This document shows, piece after piece, positions 8,750-17,741 of a stretch of DNA of 64,000 nucleotides. Under the pieces are notes generated by a model. It was given only the letters and a program-made list of their open reading frames with translations, was not told the origin of the DNA and made no database searches. Position numbers and translations under genes: made by a program. Source of the stretch: Victivallales bacterium (GTDB lineage Bacteria; Verrucomicrobiota; Lentisphaeria; Victivallales; G963678815); the NCBI GenBank assembly GCA_963678815.1, contig OY787460.1, forward strand, positions 6,394,861 to 6,458,860, in the 5' to 3' direction. Numbering within the stretch: the stretch's first letter is position 1; each line of letters starts with the position of its first letter.

Positions 8750-8750
8750 A

Positions 8751-9989
8751 TTAGACTGTTGCAAGTTCATGCAGGCTGTGCGGGTAATATATGGAAGGGA
8801 ATTGGCGGTATTCGTTTAAGTTCACTTCCAGCCCTTCCCGACTCCACGGAACATTTCCGAGTTCTGAGGGTAACGCATTCTGGTTGAAGCACCGGAACAA
8901 TACCTCTTGCAATGATCGTATCCAGGTTGTTTTATCGCCTTTTGCGTCAACGCTTAGTTCGATAAATTCTTCGGGAAAGGATACTATTTCCGGCATTGAT
9001 TCGTGTGCTCCATTCAGGCACAAAGTCTGGGAACTAGCAGCTTTTACTCCGCAAACGGCTTTTCTTCCGTTTTTTACGGCTTCAACACAATCTTTAAATT
9101 TTTTCAACTTATTATCGTTCGGACTCCCATAATTAATTATTTTTCCATTTTTTAATTTCGCGGAAATCTGCGTACGGTCATAATAGATATGTGCATGCTC
9201 AAATTTGAATTCCCCGCATGGACCAATCACTGAGGGAACCGCATGGGAAGTATAAAACAATATATCGGTTTTGCATTCGGTCAGGCAATGAATGAAAGCA
9301 GTATCGAAATTTTCAATATCATTCGCCCGGTAAAGTTCCGCTGTAACTTTCAAAGGTTTTGCACTTGAAAAAATATCTTTACCGAGAATATAGAACATAT
9401 TGTGCAAATAATGGGCAGTGGCATTATTGACTGGACTGTCTAAAATCCAACGATTCAAAGACCTTATTTTACCTGCCCAATTATTACGGTTATAATACGA
9501 GAAAGCCCTCGGCCAGCTAATGAATGCTTTGAGCAACAACGGCTTGCCAAATATACCCTTGAGAATATCCCTCTTCAATTTCTGAATTGCATCAGAAAAA
9601 GACCATTGGTATCCAACAGCGAGAAAGCCGGGACACTTTTCCTCGGCTTTTATCAGTTTCAAGGCTTCCTGATATGTTGCGCACACTGGTTTCTCACAAA
9701 GTACGTTTGCTCCGTTTTTCAATGCTTTCATGGAAATGGGCGCATGCAGGTGAATCGGCGCTGAAATAACAACAAGATCCGCGGTTTCAGAGAGATAGAA
9801 ATCTTCCAGAGTATCAAATACCGGAATTCCTAATTCCTTCAGCTTCTGGTAATGGATGGAGTTTTTTGCATAGGGATCAATAATGCCTGAAAGGAGGATA
9901 TTTTTATTTAAATACTTGAATGCTTCTTTTAAATAAAAATCTCCATAGCCGCATATGCCAACCAGAGCAACTTTAACTTTATTATTCAT
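8751..9989 (-). CDS. Gfo/Idh/MocA family oxidoreductase
   Basis: KVKVALVGICGYGDFYLKEAF Rossmann motif and VLCEKPV motif. GAAGGA Shine-Dalgarno upstream of the ATG. Confidence 0.85.
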   Translation of the reverse strand: MNNKVKVALVGICGYGDFYLKEAFKYLNKNILLSGIIDPYAKNSIHYQKLKELGIPVFDTLEDFYLSETADLVVISAPIHLHAPISMKALKNGANVLCEKPVCATYQEALKLIKAEEKCPGFLAVGYQWSFSDAIQKLKRDILKGIFGKPLLLKAFISWPRAFSYYNRNNWAGKIRSLNRWILDSPVNNATAHYLHNMFYILGKDIFSSAKPLKVTAELYRANDIENFDTAFIHCLTECKTDILFYTSHAVPSVIGPCGEFKFEHAHIYYDRTQISAKLKNGKIINYGSPNDNKLKKFKDCVEAVKNGRKAVCGVKAASSQTLCLNGAHESMPEIVSFPEEFIELSVDAKGDKTTWIRSLQEVLFRCFNQNALPSELGNVPWSREGLEVNLNEYRQFPSIYYPHSLHELATV

Positions 9990-10008
9990 TTTAATCCTTC
10001 AATATTCA

Positions 10009-11781
10009 TTACCCGGCATATCCTTTTTTTACTTCGTGATATGCCGCTTTCGGCTTTAATTTATCCGTCAACAACCCTTTGCGGTTGAACCCTTTCTGGA
10101 AACGCGACAACTTGATGGGGGTTTCATAATCATTCAGGACGAATATCGCCATTCCCTGCAACGTTTTTTCCTGAGTCAGTATTTTAAATAATTCCTGGAG
10201 TTTCCTGTGATATACAAGCTGCCGCTCTTCTCCGAAATCATAACCTTTTTCTCCTAAAACCCCATCGATTCCCGCCTCCGCCAAAATCACCGGTTTTCCC
10301 CAGGATGACGCCTGCCGGATTTTATCATACTGCTTTGGAAATTCATCCTTTCTGCCCGGTTCCGCGCCATCATAAATTCCCCGGTAACTGTTAATGCTGA
10401 CTATATCCAATAGTTCGATCAAAGCTTCCGGGCAACTGTGCTTTAACGTTTCTTCTCCAGCGCCTTCAACACCACCGGTATAGGTTACTAACCGGCTTGG
10501 GTCGTTTTCACGGGCATAGCCAGCCGCCTCAATAAAGAAACCCAAGTTGGATTCTTCTTCATCCTGAAGAATTTTCAAGCACTCGTTTCCAATGCTCCAG
10601 ATAATAACCGAAGGTGAATTCCTATGCTCGCAAATCATGGCTTCAAGCATCTTAAGGGCTTTTCGGCTCCGGGCCGGTTTCTGCATCGTATAAATCCAAT
10701 AGGCTGGGACTTCCTGCCAAACAAGGATTCCGGTTTTATCACATGCTTTTATGAAATCCTTGCCCTGCGGACGGTGTCCCGCGCGCGCGAAATTGCAGTT
10801 GAGATCTTTAAGGATATCAATAGTTTTATTCGCACTTTCCGGGCCAAGGGAAAAAATTCCTCTTTCCGGATCTTCGATCCAGGTTGCTACTCCTTTTAAT
10901 AAAATACTTTCGCCATTGAGTAGAATATCCTTGCCACGGATTTTGATTTCCCGCAAGCCAACTTCATCATGCCATACGTCACCGCTGCTCTGCATTTCAA
11001 TTTGAAGAAGATACAAATTCGGATTATCCGGAGACCAGAGTTTCACCTTATCCACATTCAGGGAAATAATACTTGAATACCAGGAACCTGGACGAGACTT
11101 AATTGTTTCATTTAAAACAGTTTCATTATTATCGGAAGAAATCAGTTTAACATCAACTTCTTTTAAATTGTCTCTACTCCCGGCTTCGGCCAGAACCTTT
11201 ATCTCAATCTCGACTTCATCATTAGTAATCCGGGTCGATACCGCAACGTCCCTTATATATTCCTTTGGACGGTAATACAATCTTACCGGACGAATTATTC
11301 CGCCATCGTGAAACCAATCATGAATAGTTCCCGGAACATCATCTTCATGCCTTGTGGCATCCACAAAAACCATGAGGCGGTTTTCCTCTTTCAGCTCCTT
11401 TGAAACCTCAAAAGTAAAAGGAATGCAGCCGCCTTCATGTTCGCCAATAAAAATTCCATTGAGGAAAACGCTGCACCGCTCATTTACGGCTTCAAAGTAA
11501 AGAAAAACCTTCTCATCCGTTCTGCTTAAACGAGCCGGAAACCTGTTGAGATAGACAACATTTCCCTCATAATATTTCAACTCCTTATGGAGACGGGTAA
11601 ATGCGCCGGGAACTGTTGTCGGCCAAAACGCGTCATCATCGTATGAGGGAAACCAGAAATTTTCTTTCCGGATTTTCTTCCACCATTCCTGTTTTCTCGA
11701 CCTGTTCATGGGATCAGGCAATAATCCCCAGCCATCTTTCAGTTCAATATTCTCTATTTGACCAAAATTGATTCTGTACAT
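10009..11781 (-). CDS. Glycoside hydrolase family 2 (beta-glucuronidase/beta-galactosidase-like), cytoplasmic
   Basis: Sugar-binding domain FLYFEAVNERCSVFLNGIFIGEHEGGCIPFTFEV. TIM barrel with NCNFARAGHRP, acid/base motif IIWSIGNE and nucleophile region PVILAEAG. At 590 aa it is of beta-glucuronidase-like length. No signal peptide. Confidence 0.85.
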   Translation of the reverse strand: MYRINFGQIENIELKDGWGLLPDPMNRSRKQEWWKKIRKENFWFPSYDDDAFWPTTVPGAFTRLHKELKYYEGNVVYLNRFPARLSRTDEKVFLYFEAVNERCSVFLNGIFIGEHEGGCIPFTFEVSKELKEENRLMVFVDATRHEDDVPGTIHDWFHDGGIIRPVRLYYRPKEYIRDVAVSTRITNDEVEIEIKVLAEAGSRDNLKEVDVKLISSDNNETVLNETIKSRPGSWYSSIISLNVDKVKLWSPDNPNLYLLQIEMQSSGDVWHDEVGLREIKIRGKDILLNGESILLKGVATWIEDPERGIFSLGPESANKTIDILKDLNCNFARAGHRPQGKDFIKACDKTGILVWQEVPAYWIYTMQKPARSRKALKMLEAMICEHRNSPSVIIWSIGNECLKILQDEEESNLGFFIEAAGYARENDPSRLVTYTGGVEGAGEETLKHSCPEALIELLDIVSINSYRGIYDGAEPGRKDEFPKQYDKIRQASSWGKPVILAEAGIDGVLGEKGYDFGEERQLVYHRKLQELFKILTQEKTLQGMAIFVLNDYETPIKLSRFQKGFNRKGLLTDKLKPKAAYHEVKKGYAG

Positions 11782-11800
11782 TATTATTCTACTTTATTCA

Positions 11801-14026
11801 TTATTTCTGATTGTCATACAATATCTTCAAAGAAGGGTTCGCTATAGTAAAATTGTTAATTGAGGACATACTAATTGATAATACAGTTGGATACGGCATA
11901 TTACTGTCTTTAAAAAATTCAGGGGATATTGAGAATTTATAACTGTAATGCTGCCATTGTCCGTTTCCTTTCGCGGCATTTCCCCTGAATTCTCCCGTTC
12001 TGGTCCATCTTGAAGTTCCGTATGTATTCAGGCCATAGCCGCTCTTTTCTTTGCCAGTTCTGATGCTAACATGGGTTATGGTGACTTTTACGGAATCACC
12101 TTTTGCCGCATTGTAATCAAACTCCAATTTCAAAGGAATTTTCTGCTTTGAAGGATTTTCAAAATCCATAAATAAAAATGGTTTCAAGTTTAGAACATAT
12201 TTCGCCGGAATTTCAATTGCGGAGTTATCTTTTGTAACAGGATTCGTAGTTCTTTTCAGGTCTTCAATTGTAATTTTACCTTTATTCCCCCTGATTCTCC
12301 ACGGTGTGCGCTTCCCGGCAATAATGAAACCTGGATCGGAAACAAGGTTTTTTTCCTGCGCCTTCTCTTCTTTATTAAGTTCAGCAAAAGAATTCCTTAA
12401 ATAGGAATATATCAGATTGCCATCATTTTTTTTCTGTTCTGACATTGTAATATTATCGATTGCTTTTTCACCCTTTGCATTCTTAAGCTGCCAAAGATAC
12501 AAACTCCTGGGAATTGCCGGAATGCCGTAAGATATCCAGTTCCCGAAACGTGCCCGTGTAGGAGATGACCTTTTAGAACCGATGCAACCGACAGCCCAGT
12601 TGGTGTCACCGGTTTCGGGCATATCGCAAACTATCTGGGCGGCGCGGCAGTTCCAGAGAATGTGGTTAACTCCCTGCCAGGCATGACTTCCCGTACCATT
12701 TCTTAAGTCAATATTTCTTTGTGGAGCCATCACATTATCATAAAGATATCCGGTACACCATTTCATGTGGGGGCCTACTGCGTCAAACCCCTTTTCAATA
12801 AGACAGTCCAAAAAAACATTCGGTCCTGCCGCCGCTGAACTGGATACAAATGCATGGCGCGCATTATACGCATAGCACCTCTGGACAAGCACCTTTGATC
12901 CATTTACCATAAAGGCGTATCTTCTGCCGCCTCTAATCCTTGAAACCGGACGCAGGCAGGCACAGTCCTGTACTGTTATGTTTCGGGCTCCGTGCTCAAC
13001 TTCCACCGCTGACAGAAAAAAATGCAGCGCGGTCATGTTTTTTACCCAGCAGTTTTTTGCTTTATCTACATAAACGGCGCTGCGCGCATGTTCTTCCGGA
13101 TTTTTGTAATTTTCCGGATTTTTGTAATTCTTTTCCGAGAAATAACTAACCAGTCGAATATTTTCTACACCACTTTGGGAAATTCTGTTATCATTGTTTA
13201 TTTTGTAAACGACAGCTTTTTTAATAGTATCTTTATCAATATAAAAAAGCATTGGAGCATCAAGGGTTAGCTTATTGCCGTTTATTTTCATTATTTTTCT
13301 TTCACAGTAAAACCTTCCGGTGATGCCTCTCCATTTTTTCTCAAGATTAAGCTTTTTGAGCCAATTTTTGTTAGGAATAATCTGAATTCTGATCTCATCC
13401 CCAACAGACAACTTGTCAGCGTTTCCGATTGTGACGGTTTTAGTTCCGACCGGAATATTTTTATCAGTCAAAACACCAATTTCATCCAAGCTTGAATAAA
13501 ATGCCCTGGTAGGTTTTTCCGGATTTACATTTCCAAGGTAAATAAGCGAATGCTGCCTGTAACCTCTGCCATAATTATTTTTAACTTTTAAATTTTTCTT
13601 TGTGTCAATAACCGTTGTGCCGTTTGAAAACTGTCCTTCTCCACGCAACACAACTCCGCCTTTACCGATTACAAGATATCCCGCAACCCGATATGTTCCT
13701 GCTTTCAGGAGTAACGCTCCGCGTAAGCCATCCTTGTCCGGTTTCATCTTTCCGATTTTATCAAGCGCAGCCTGGATGCGTTCACGGTCATCACCGTTTT
13801 TTTGAGGCGAAAGAACAATCTTCACCGGCACTTCCGGTAACTTCACGCCTCCCCCTTTATATCCAACGCTGGAAAAATCGGGAATAACATTTCCGGCTTT
13901 GTCCGGAATGCTGATAATATCTGTAATATCTTTCGGCTTCGCGGATTTAAGAGGTTTTGAATCAGCGGCATTGATTATTGAACCACTAAGTAAAAATATA
14001 ACGATGAGATGCTTTATTAAGTTCAT
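11801..14026 (-). CDS. Secreted right-handed beta-helix (pectate-lyase-superfamily-like) protein with C-terminal beta-sandwich
   Basis: Signal peptide MNLIKHLIVIFLLSGSIINAADS. Entry motif DFSSVGYKGGGVKLPE...RIQAALDKIG...GALLLKAGTYRVAGYLVIGKGGVVLRGEG. The specific enzymatic activity cannot be read from the sequence. Confidence 0.6.
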   Translation of the reverse strand: MNLIKHLIVIFLLSGSIINAADSKPLKSAKPKDITDIISIPDKAGNVIPDFSSVGYKGGGVKLPEVPVKIVLSPQKNGDDRERIQAALDKIGKMKPDKDGLRGALLLKAGTYRVAGYLVIGKGGVVLRGEGQFSNGTTVIDTKKNLKVKNNYGRGYRQHSLIYLGNVNPEKPTRAFYSSLDEIGVLTDKNIPVGTKTVTIGNADKLSVGDEIRIQIIPNKNWLKKLNLEKKWRGITGRFYCERKIMKINGNKLTLDAPMLFYIDKDTIKKAVVYKINNDNRISQSGVENIRLVSYFSEKNYKNPENYKNPEEHARSAVYVDKAKNCWVKNMTALHFFLSAVEVEHGARNITVQDCACLRPVSRIRGGRRYAFMVNGSKVLVQRCYAYNARHAFVSSSAAAGPNVFLDCLIEKGFDAVGPHMKWCTGYLYDNVMAPQRNIDLRNGTGSHAWQGVNHILWNCRAAQIVCDMPETGDTNWAVGCIGSKRSSPTRARFGNWISYGIPAIPRSLYLWQLKNAKGEKAIDNITMSEQKKNDGNLIYSYLRNSFAELNKEEKAQEKNLVSDPGFIIAGKRTPWRIRGNKGKITIEDLKRTTNPVTKDNSAIEIPAKYVLNLKPFLFMDFENPSKQKIPLKLEFDYNAAKGDSVKVTITHVSIRTGKEKSGYGLNTYGTSRWTRTGEFRGNAAKGNGQWQHYSYKFSISPEFFKDSNMPYPTVLSISMSSINNFTIANPSLKILYDNQK
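13094..13129. repeat. Perfect 18-bp x2 tandem duplication inside the beta-helix CDS
   Basis: TTCCGGATTTTTGTAATT occurs twice back to back. On the coding strand it encodes NYKNPE-NYKNPE. Confidence 0.9.
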
Positions 14027-14043
14027 TCTTTTTTATTCCTTTT

Positions 14044-15447
14044 TTATTTTTTACCAGTTAAAAATTCCTTTTCATTATATACATGATTTTGATAGCCTGG
14101 ATCGTGCTCAGGCTGTTTAGCATCAACCTTCAGCTCATAGAAATGATCGCTTGTTTTCTCAACATGTTCAGACAGCAAAGTTCTATGTTGTTTCAGCACC
14201 TCCAGGTATTCCGGATTTTCAGCAAGATTTTTAGTTTCTCCGGGATCGTTTTCTATGTCATAAAGCTCTTCTCCGTCATTTTCCAGAAACCTTGTATATT
14301 TAAATTTATTTGTTCGAATCATACGTCCGGGAGCTACCGGCCCAAACTCGGATCCCTGCCGCCATTCCGTCAGTAAATATTCGTGAATCTGACCACTGTC
14401 TTTGTTCTGGCAAATTCCCGCAAGACTTTTTCCGGACAAACCATCCGGAGCGGAAATTCCAGCGAAATCACATAATGTGGGAAACAAGTCCAGGAGTGAA
14501 ACTAATTGCTTGCGCTTTCCGCCCGCGAACCCGGCAGGCAAAGCTCCCGCGAAAACCATAGGAACTTTTGCCGCTTCTTCATAGAAATTGCCATGAGTGC
14601 TGACAAGGCGATGAGAACACATACCATTGCCATGATCCGCCATCAGAACAATAATGGTATTATCATTTTCCGGACTGGATTTTAAGGCATCGATCACCAT
14701 TCCGATATGCCGGTCCACGACTTCAACATAGTGGCAATATGCCGCCAGATAATGTTGATAATTTTCCCTGCTCCATTTTGCGGCTTGAGCAAGCCGGCGG
14801 TTCCGGCAGCACAAACGCTGTATGGAATCAGCCCGGTTGTCAAAGTCCTCTATTTCAAAGTTGCCGGGCAAAGACGGCAAATCTTTGTTCAAAGGCAAGT
14901 TATCGTGAGGCCCGATATTGTCATCCATCCAGGGAAGAACATCATGCGGATTGAAGAAATCGGCAACACACAGGAATGGTTTTTCGTGTTCTTCTTTCAG
15001 GAATCCGGCACAAAGCTCAGCGGTCCGGCGATCCATGAAAGTACCGTAATAGTCATTCCACGGCGCTTCCTCCCCGGGCGTCACAATCCTGGTCTTATTT
15101 GAATTCCGGCAATTAAAATCTCTCAATGCATGCGCATCATGCCTTTTACCAATATGTTCAGTTTGGTATCCGGCCTTTTTGAATACTTCTCCGAGAGTCG
15201 TTATCCCCTGATCAATTTCCAATGTTCCGGAGTTCCATTCTACGCCAATTTCATGTGGATATCTGCCAGTCCAGAATGAAGACCGTGAAGGCACGCATAG
15301 CGGATAATTGCAGTACGCATTTGAAAAGGAAATCCCGCTTTCAGCAAGATTATTAATATTCGGAGCATTGACATAATCATTATTAATCATCTTTGGCGAA
15401 AGATGATCAGAGATAACAATTAAAATATTCGGTTTTTTTTCTGACAT
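14044..15447 (-). CDS. Sulfatase (Cys-type), no signal peptide
   Basis: MSEKKPNILIVISDH...YPLCVPSRSSFWTGRYP. I prefer the ATG at 15447 (AAGGAAG upstream, no overlap with the GNAT gene) over the track start at 15504. Confidence 0.9.
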   Translation of the reverse strand: MSEKKPNILIVISDHLSPKMINNDYVNAPNINNLAESGISFSNAYCNYPLCVPSRSSFWTGRYPHEIGVEWNSGTLEIDQGITTLGEVFKKAGYQTEHIGKRHDAHALRDFNCRNSNKTRIVTPGEEAPWNDYYGTFMDRRTAELCAGFLKEEHEKPFLCVADFFNPHDVLPWMDDNIGPHDNLPLNKDLPSLPGNFEIEDFDNRADSIQRLCCRNRRLAQAAKWSRENYQHYLAAYCHYVEVVDRHIGMVIDALKSSPENDNTIIVLMADHGNGMCSHRLVSTHGNFYEEAAKVPMVFAGALPAGFAGGKRKQLVSLLDLFPTLCDFAGISAPDGLSGKSLAGICQNKDSGQIHEYLLTEWRQGSEFGPVAPGRMIRTNKFKYTRFLENDGEELYDIENDPGETKNLAENPEYLEVLKQHRTLLSEHVEKTSDHFYELKVDAKQPEHDPGYQNHVYNEKEFLTGKK

Positions 15448-15475
15448 TCTGTTGTCTTCCTTATAATTGTGTTTT

Positions 15476-16327
15476 TCATCCCACTTCCGGGCCGGCAATA
15501 GCATAAATTATTTCCGGTTTACCTGGGAATTTATTTTCACCGCGAAACATGCGGGTAAGTTTTCTTTGATATTTAAATCGATATTTATTCAGTATATTTT
15601 CGGCATTAACATTTGATAACGCATCCATATAGACCGTCTCCCCATATAATTCGTCAAGAACCTTTTTCAGCAGCGCTTCAGCCGCGAAATTACTGTCCGC
15701 CACCCATGGCCCTATATACCATGCCCTTGATCCGGGACGCACAAATATGTATCCTTTCAGATCGTTTTCATCTTCAGAAAATGCATAAGCCTTCCCTGTA
15801 TCCTGAATACTTTCCAGCAGCTCCATCCTGTCTGCGCCAAAACCACGCAAATCATATCGTGCTAAACTATCCGGGGGTAATCCTCCTAAATCAACGATAC
15901 TTTCCGGTGGCATATCTATTTTGGGAGTAACAACTTGCCAGCGATTCAAAATATATTCATCCTGAAATCCAAGTTTAACATAAACAGGTTTGCCCATCGG
16001 AGTTGCATCGAGTTTAATACTTGTCACTTTCTGTTCATCCAGATATTCAAGGCATTTTTTCATTAATCCGCCGCCTACGCCTTTTCCTCTCAGGTCAGGA
16101 TGAACAAGCACCATACCTATCCAGGCAACTTTATTCCGGTAATTAATGGTTGTGGCAGTACCTGCCGGCTTTCCATCGAAAATCGCAAGGAAACATCCAT
16201 TCGGAGCAATTTCAATATATCTTTTCCAGTCATCAACAGTTTGATTCCAACCTGCGATGTTCACCAATTCCATGGCAAAATCCAAATATTGTTCATTTAA
16301 TATTTTAAATTTCAATTGCGATTTCAT
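15476..16327 (-). CDS. GNAT family N-acetyltransferase (two-domain)
   Basis: Acetyl-CoA motif A: VLVHPDLRGKGVGGGLMKKCLEY. The ATG overlaps the stop of the upstream MttB-like gene (ATGA at 16324-16327). Confidence 0.8.
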   Translation of the reverse strand: MKSQLKFKILNEQYLDFAMELVNIAGWNQTVDDWKRYIEIAPNGCFLAIFDGKPAGTATTINYRNKVAWIGMVLVHPDLRGKGVGGGLMKKCLEYLDEQKVTSIKLDATPMGKPVYVKLGFQDEYILNRWQVVTPKIDMPPESIVDLGGLPPDSLARYDLRGFGADRMELLESIQDTGKAYAFSEDENDLKGYIFVRPGSRAWYIGPWVADSNFAAEALLKKVLDELYGETVYMDALSNVNAENILNKYRFKYQRKLTRMFRGENKFPGKPEIIYAIAGPEVG

Positions 16328-17703
16328 TTTAAATTCATCTTTGCAAAATAATGCTGTTCAATTTTTAGAAGTTCTTTAATTTGCTCCGGCTTTAAAACCG
16401 GCTCCGGATATTCTTTCAGCAGGTTCGCCACTTTCTCTTTAGCCTTATCATTCAGTGACTTCGCGCCTGAATTCCGCCATAATTCCCGCGATTGCCTGCA
16501 TAATATTTCAGGCTCGAAATTTTCCCGAAAGTGCCTGAAGGTATGTTCGCATCCCAGAAATTCGCCGCCAATTCCAATTTCACGGACAACATTCAGGGCC
16601 AGTGTTTCCGGGTTTATTTCAAATCCCCGTTTAAAACGTTTTGCGTAAGCGATCAATTCGTTGTCGATCACGGCCTGCTCCATCGAAAGCGCCATTTCCG
16701 ATTCCAGCTGCCCGGCGCCCCATATCAAATTGACGCCGCCTTCAATATGGGAATGAAAACCGAACATTTTCTCCGCTATGGCTTGCCCGTCCGGGATCAT
16801 TGCCTCCGTGGAAACCCAGGAACAGGAAGGCAAATTGTAGAACCTTCCCATTGCGGCGGACGCTTGCGCCATCAAGGAATTTTCCGGACCGCCGGTAACG
16901 GCAATCATACTTTTCATATCCATAACATGCGCCAATCCAAGATTGTAGACACAAGGGCGTTCTGGTTCAAGAATCTGATTGATTACCAATCCTGCAAGGA
17001 TTTCGGCGTTCCCGACAGCAATACTTCCGGCCAGAGTCACCGGCCCGGAAGCTCCGGCCATGGGTTCGCCATTGACGGTAACGGGGATTCCCTGTCCGGC
17101 GGAAGCGGCAAATATTTCCAGGGCCAGATTTGTCCAGCGCAATGGGCCATGAGCGGTGAACCCCATTGAAAACCATGGACTGTCACTCACTACTTTTTTC
17201 ATTTCGATCAATGCTTCACATCCTGTTTTTGTGCAGGAAAGGACCCGTAAATGTTTACGCGTATTATTTGCCATGACACGTAATCCCACAAAATCCCGGG
17301 CGCCCGGTGGCACGTCATCCATGGAAACCCCAAATACTCCGTCAACATGTTCAAGGTGTTCCATCAGAAAGGAAAATTTTCCCATATCCTCCATACTAAA
17401 AGGTCTTGTTTGATTGTCTTCCACTATTCTAAGGGCGGGGGTGCTCCAGAATAATGGTTCGGATCGAGATGTCAACATCCTGGAACTTCCCGAGCGATCT
17501 GAAAAAACAACTTCAGAAGGACAGAGCTTCAAGTATTCCTCGATCATGTTTTGTTCAAGCCGGACTACCTCCGCCGCATTTCCAGGTTTCGCGCCGTTTT
17601 TCATCAACATATCGAGGATTATTGAATGCTCGATTTTGATTCCGGGATTTTCCAGAAGCGCAAGGGACGTCCGGTGAATTTCTTCACATTGTTTCTGATT
17701 CAT
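16324..17703 (-). CDS. MttB-superfamily (trimethylamine methyltransferase-like) protein, non-pyrrolysine
   Basis: N-terminus QCEEIHRTSLALLENPGIKIEHSIILDMLMKNGAK, central GASGPVTLAGSIAVGNAEILAGLVINQIL, and a length of ~460 aa all fit the family. The reading frame is uninterrupted, so there is no in-frame TAG. Confidence 0.75.
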   Translation of the reverse strand: MNQKQCEEIHRTSLALLENPGIKIEHSIILDMLMKNGAKPGNAAEVVRLEQNMIEEYLKLCPSEVVFSDRSGSSRMLTSRSEPLFWSTPALRIVEDNQTRPFSMEDMGKFSFLMEHLEHVDGVFGVSMDDVPPGARDFVGLRVMANNTRKHLRVLSCTKTGCEALIEMKKVVSDSPWFSMGFTAHGPLRWTNLALEIFAASAGQGIPVTVNGEPMAGASGPVTLAGSIAVGNAEILAGLVINQILEPERPCVYNLGLAHVMDMKSMIAVTGGPENSLMAQASAAMGRFYNLPSCSWVSTEAMIPDGQAIAEKMFGFHSHIEGGVNLIWGAGQLESEMALSMEQAVIDNELIAYAKRFKRGFEINPETLALNVVREIGIGGEFLGCEHTFRHFRENFEPEILCRQSRELWRNSGAKSLNDKAKEKVANLLKEYPEPVLKPEQIKELLKIEQHYFAKMNLK

Positions 17704-17741
17704 TTTTTTTACTGTTTTCAGGTAAGTATATTCAATATCCG

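Noticed and set aside
16324-17703. Genuine pyrrolysine-dependent trimethylamine methyltransferases (also considered for 53076-54548)
   Set aside because: Both reading frames are uninterrupted (no in-frame TAG). No pyl genes, corrinoid protein or methanogen-type partners are present. They are therefore non-Pyl MttB-superfamily members of unknown substrate.
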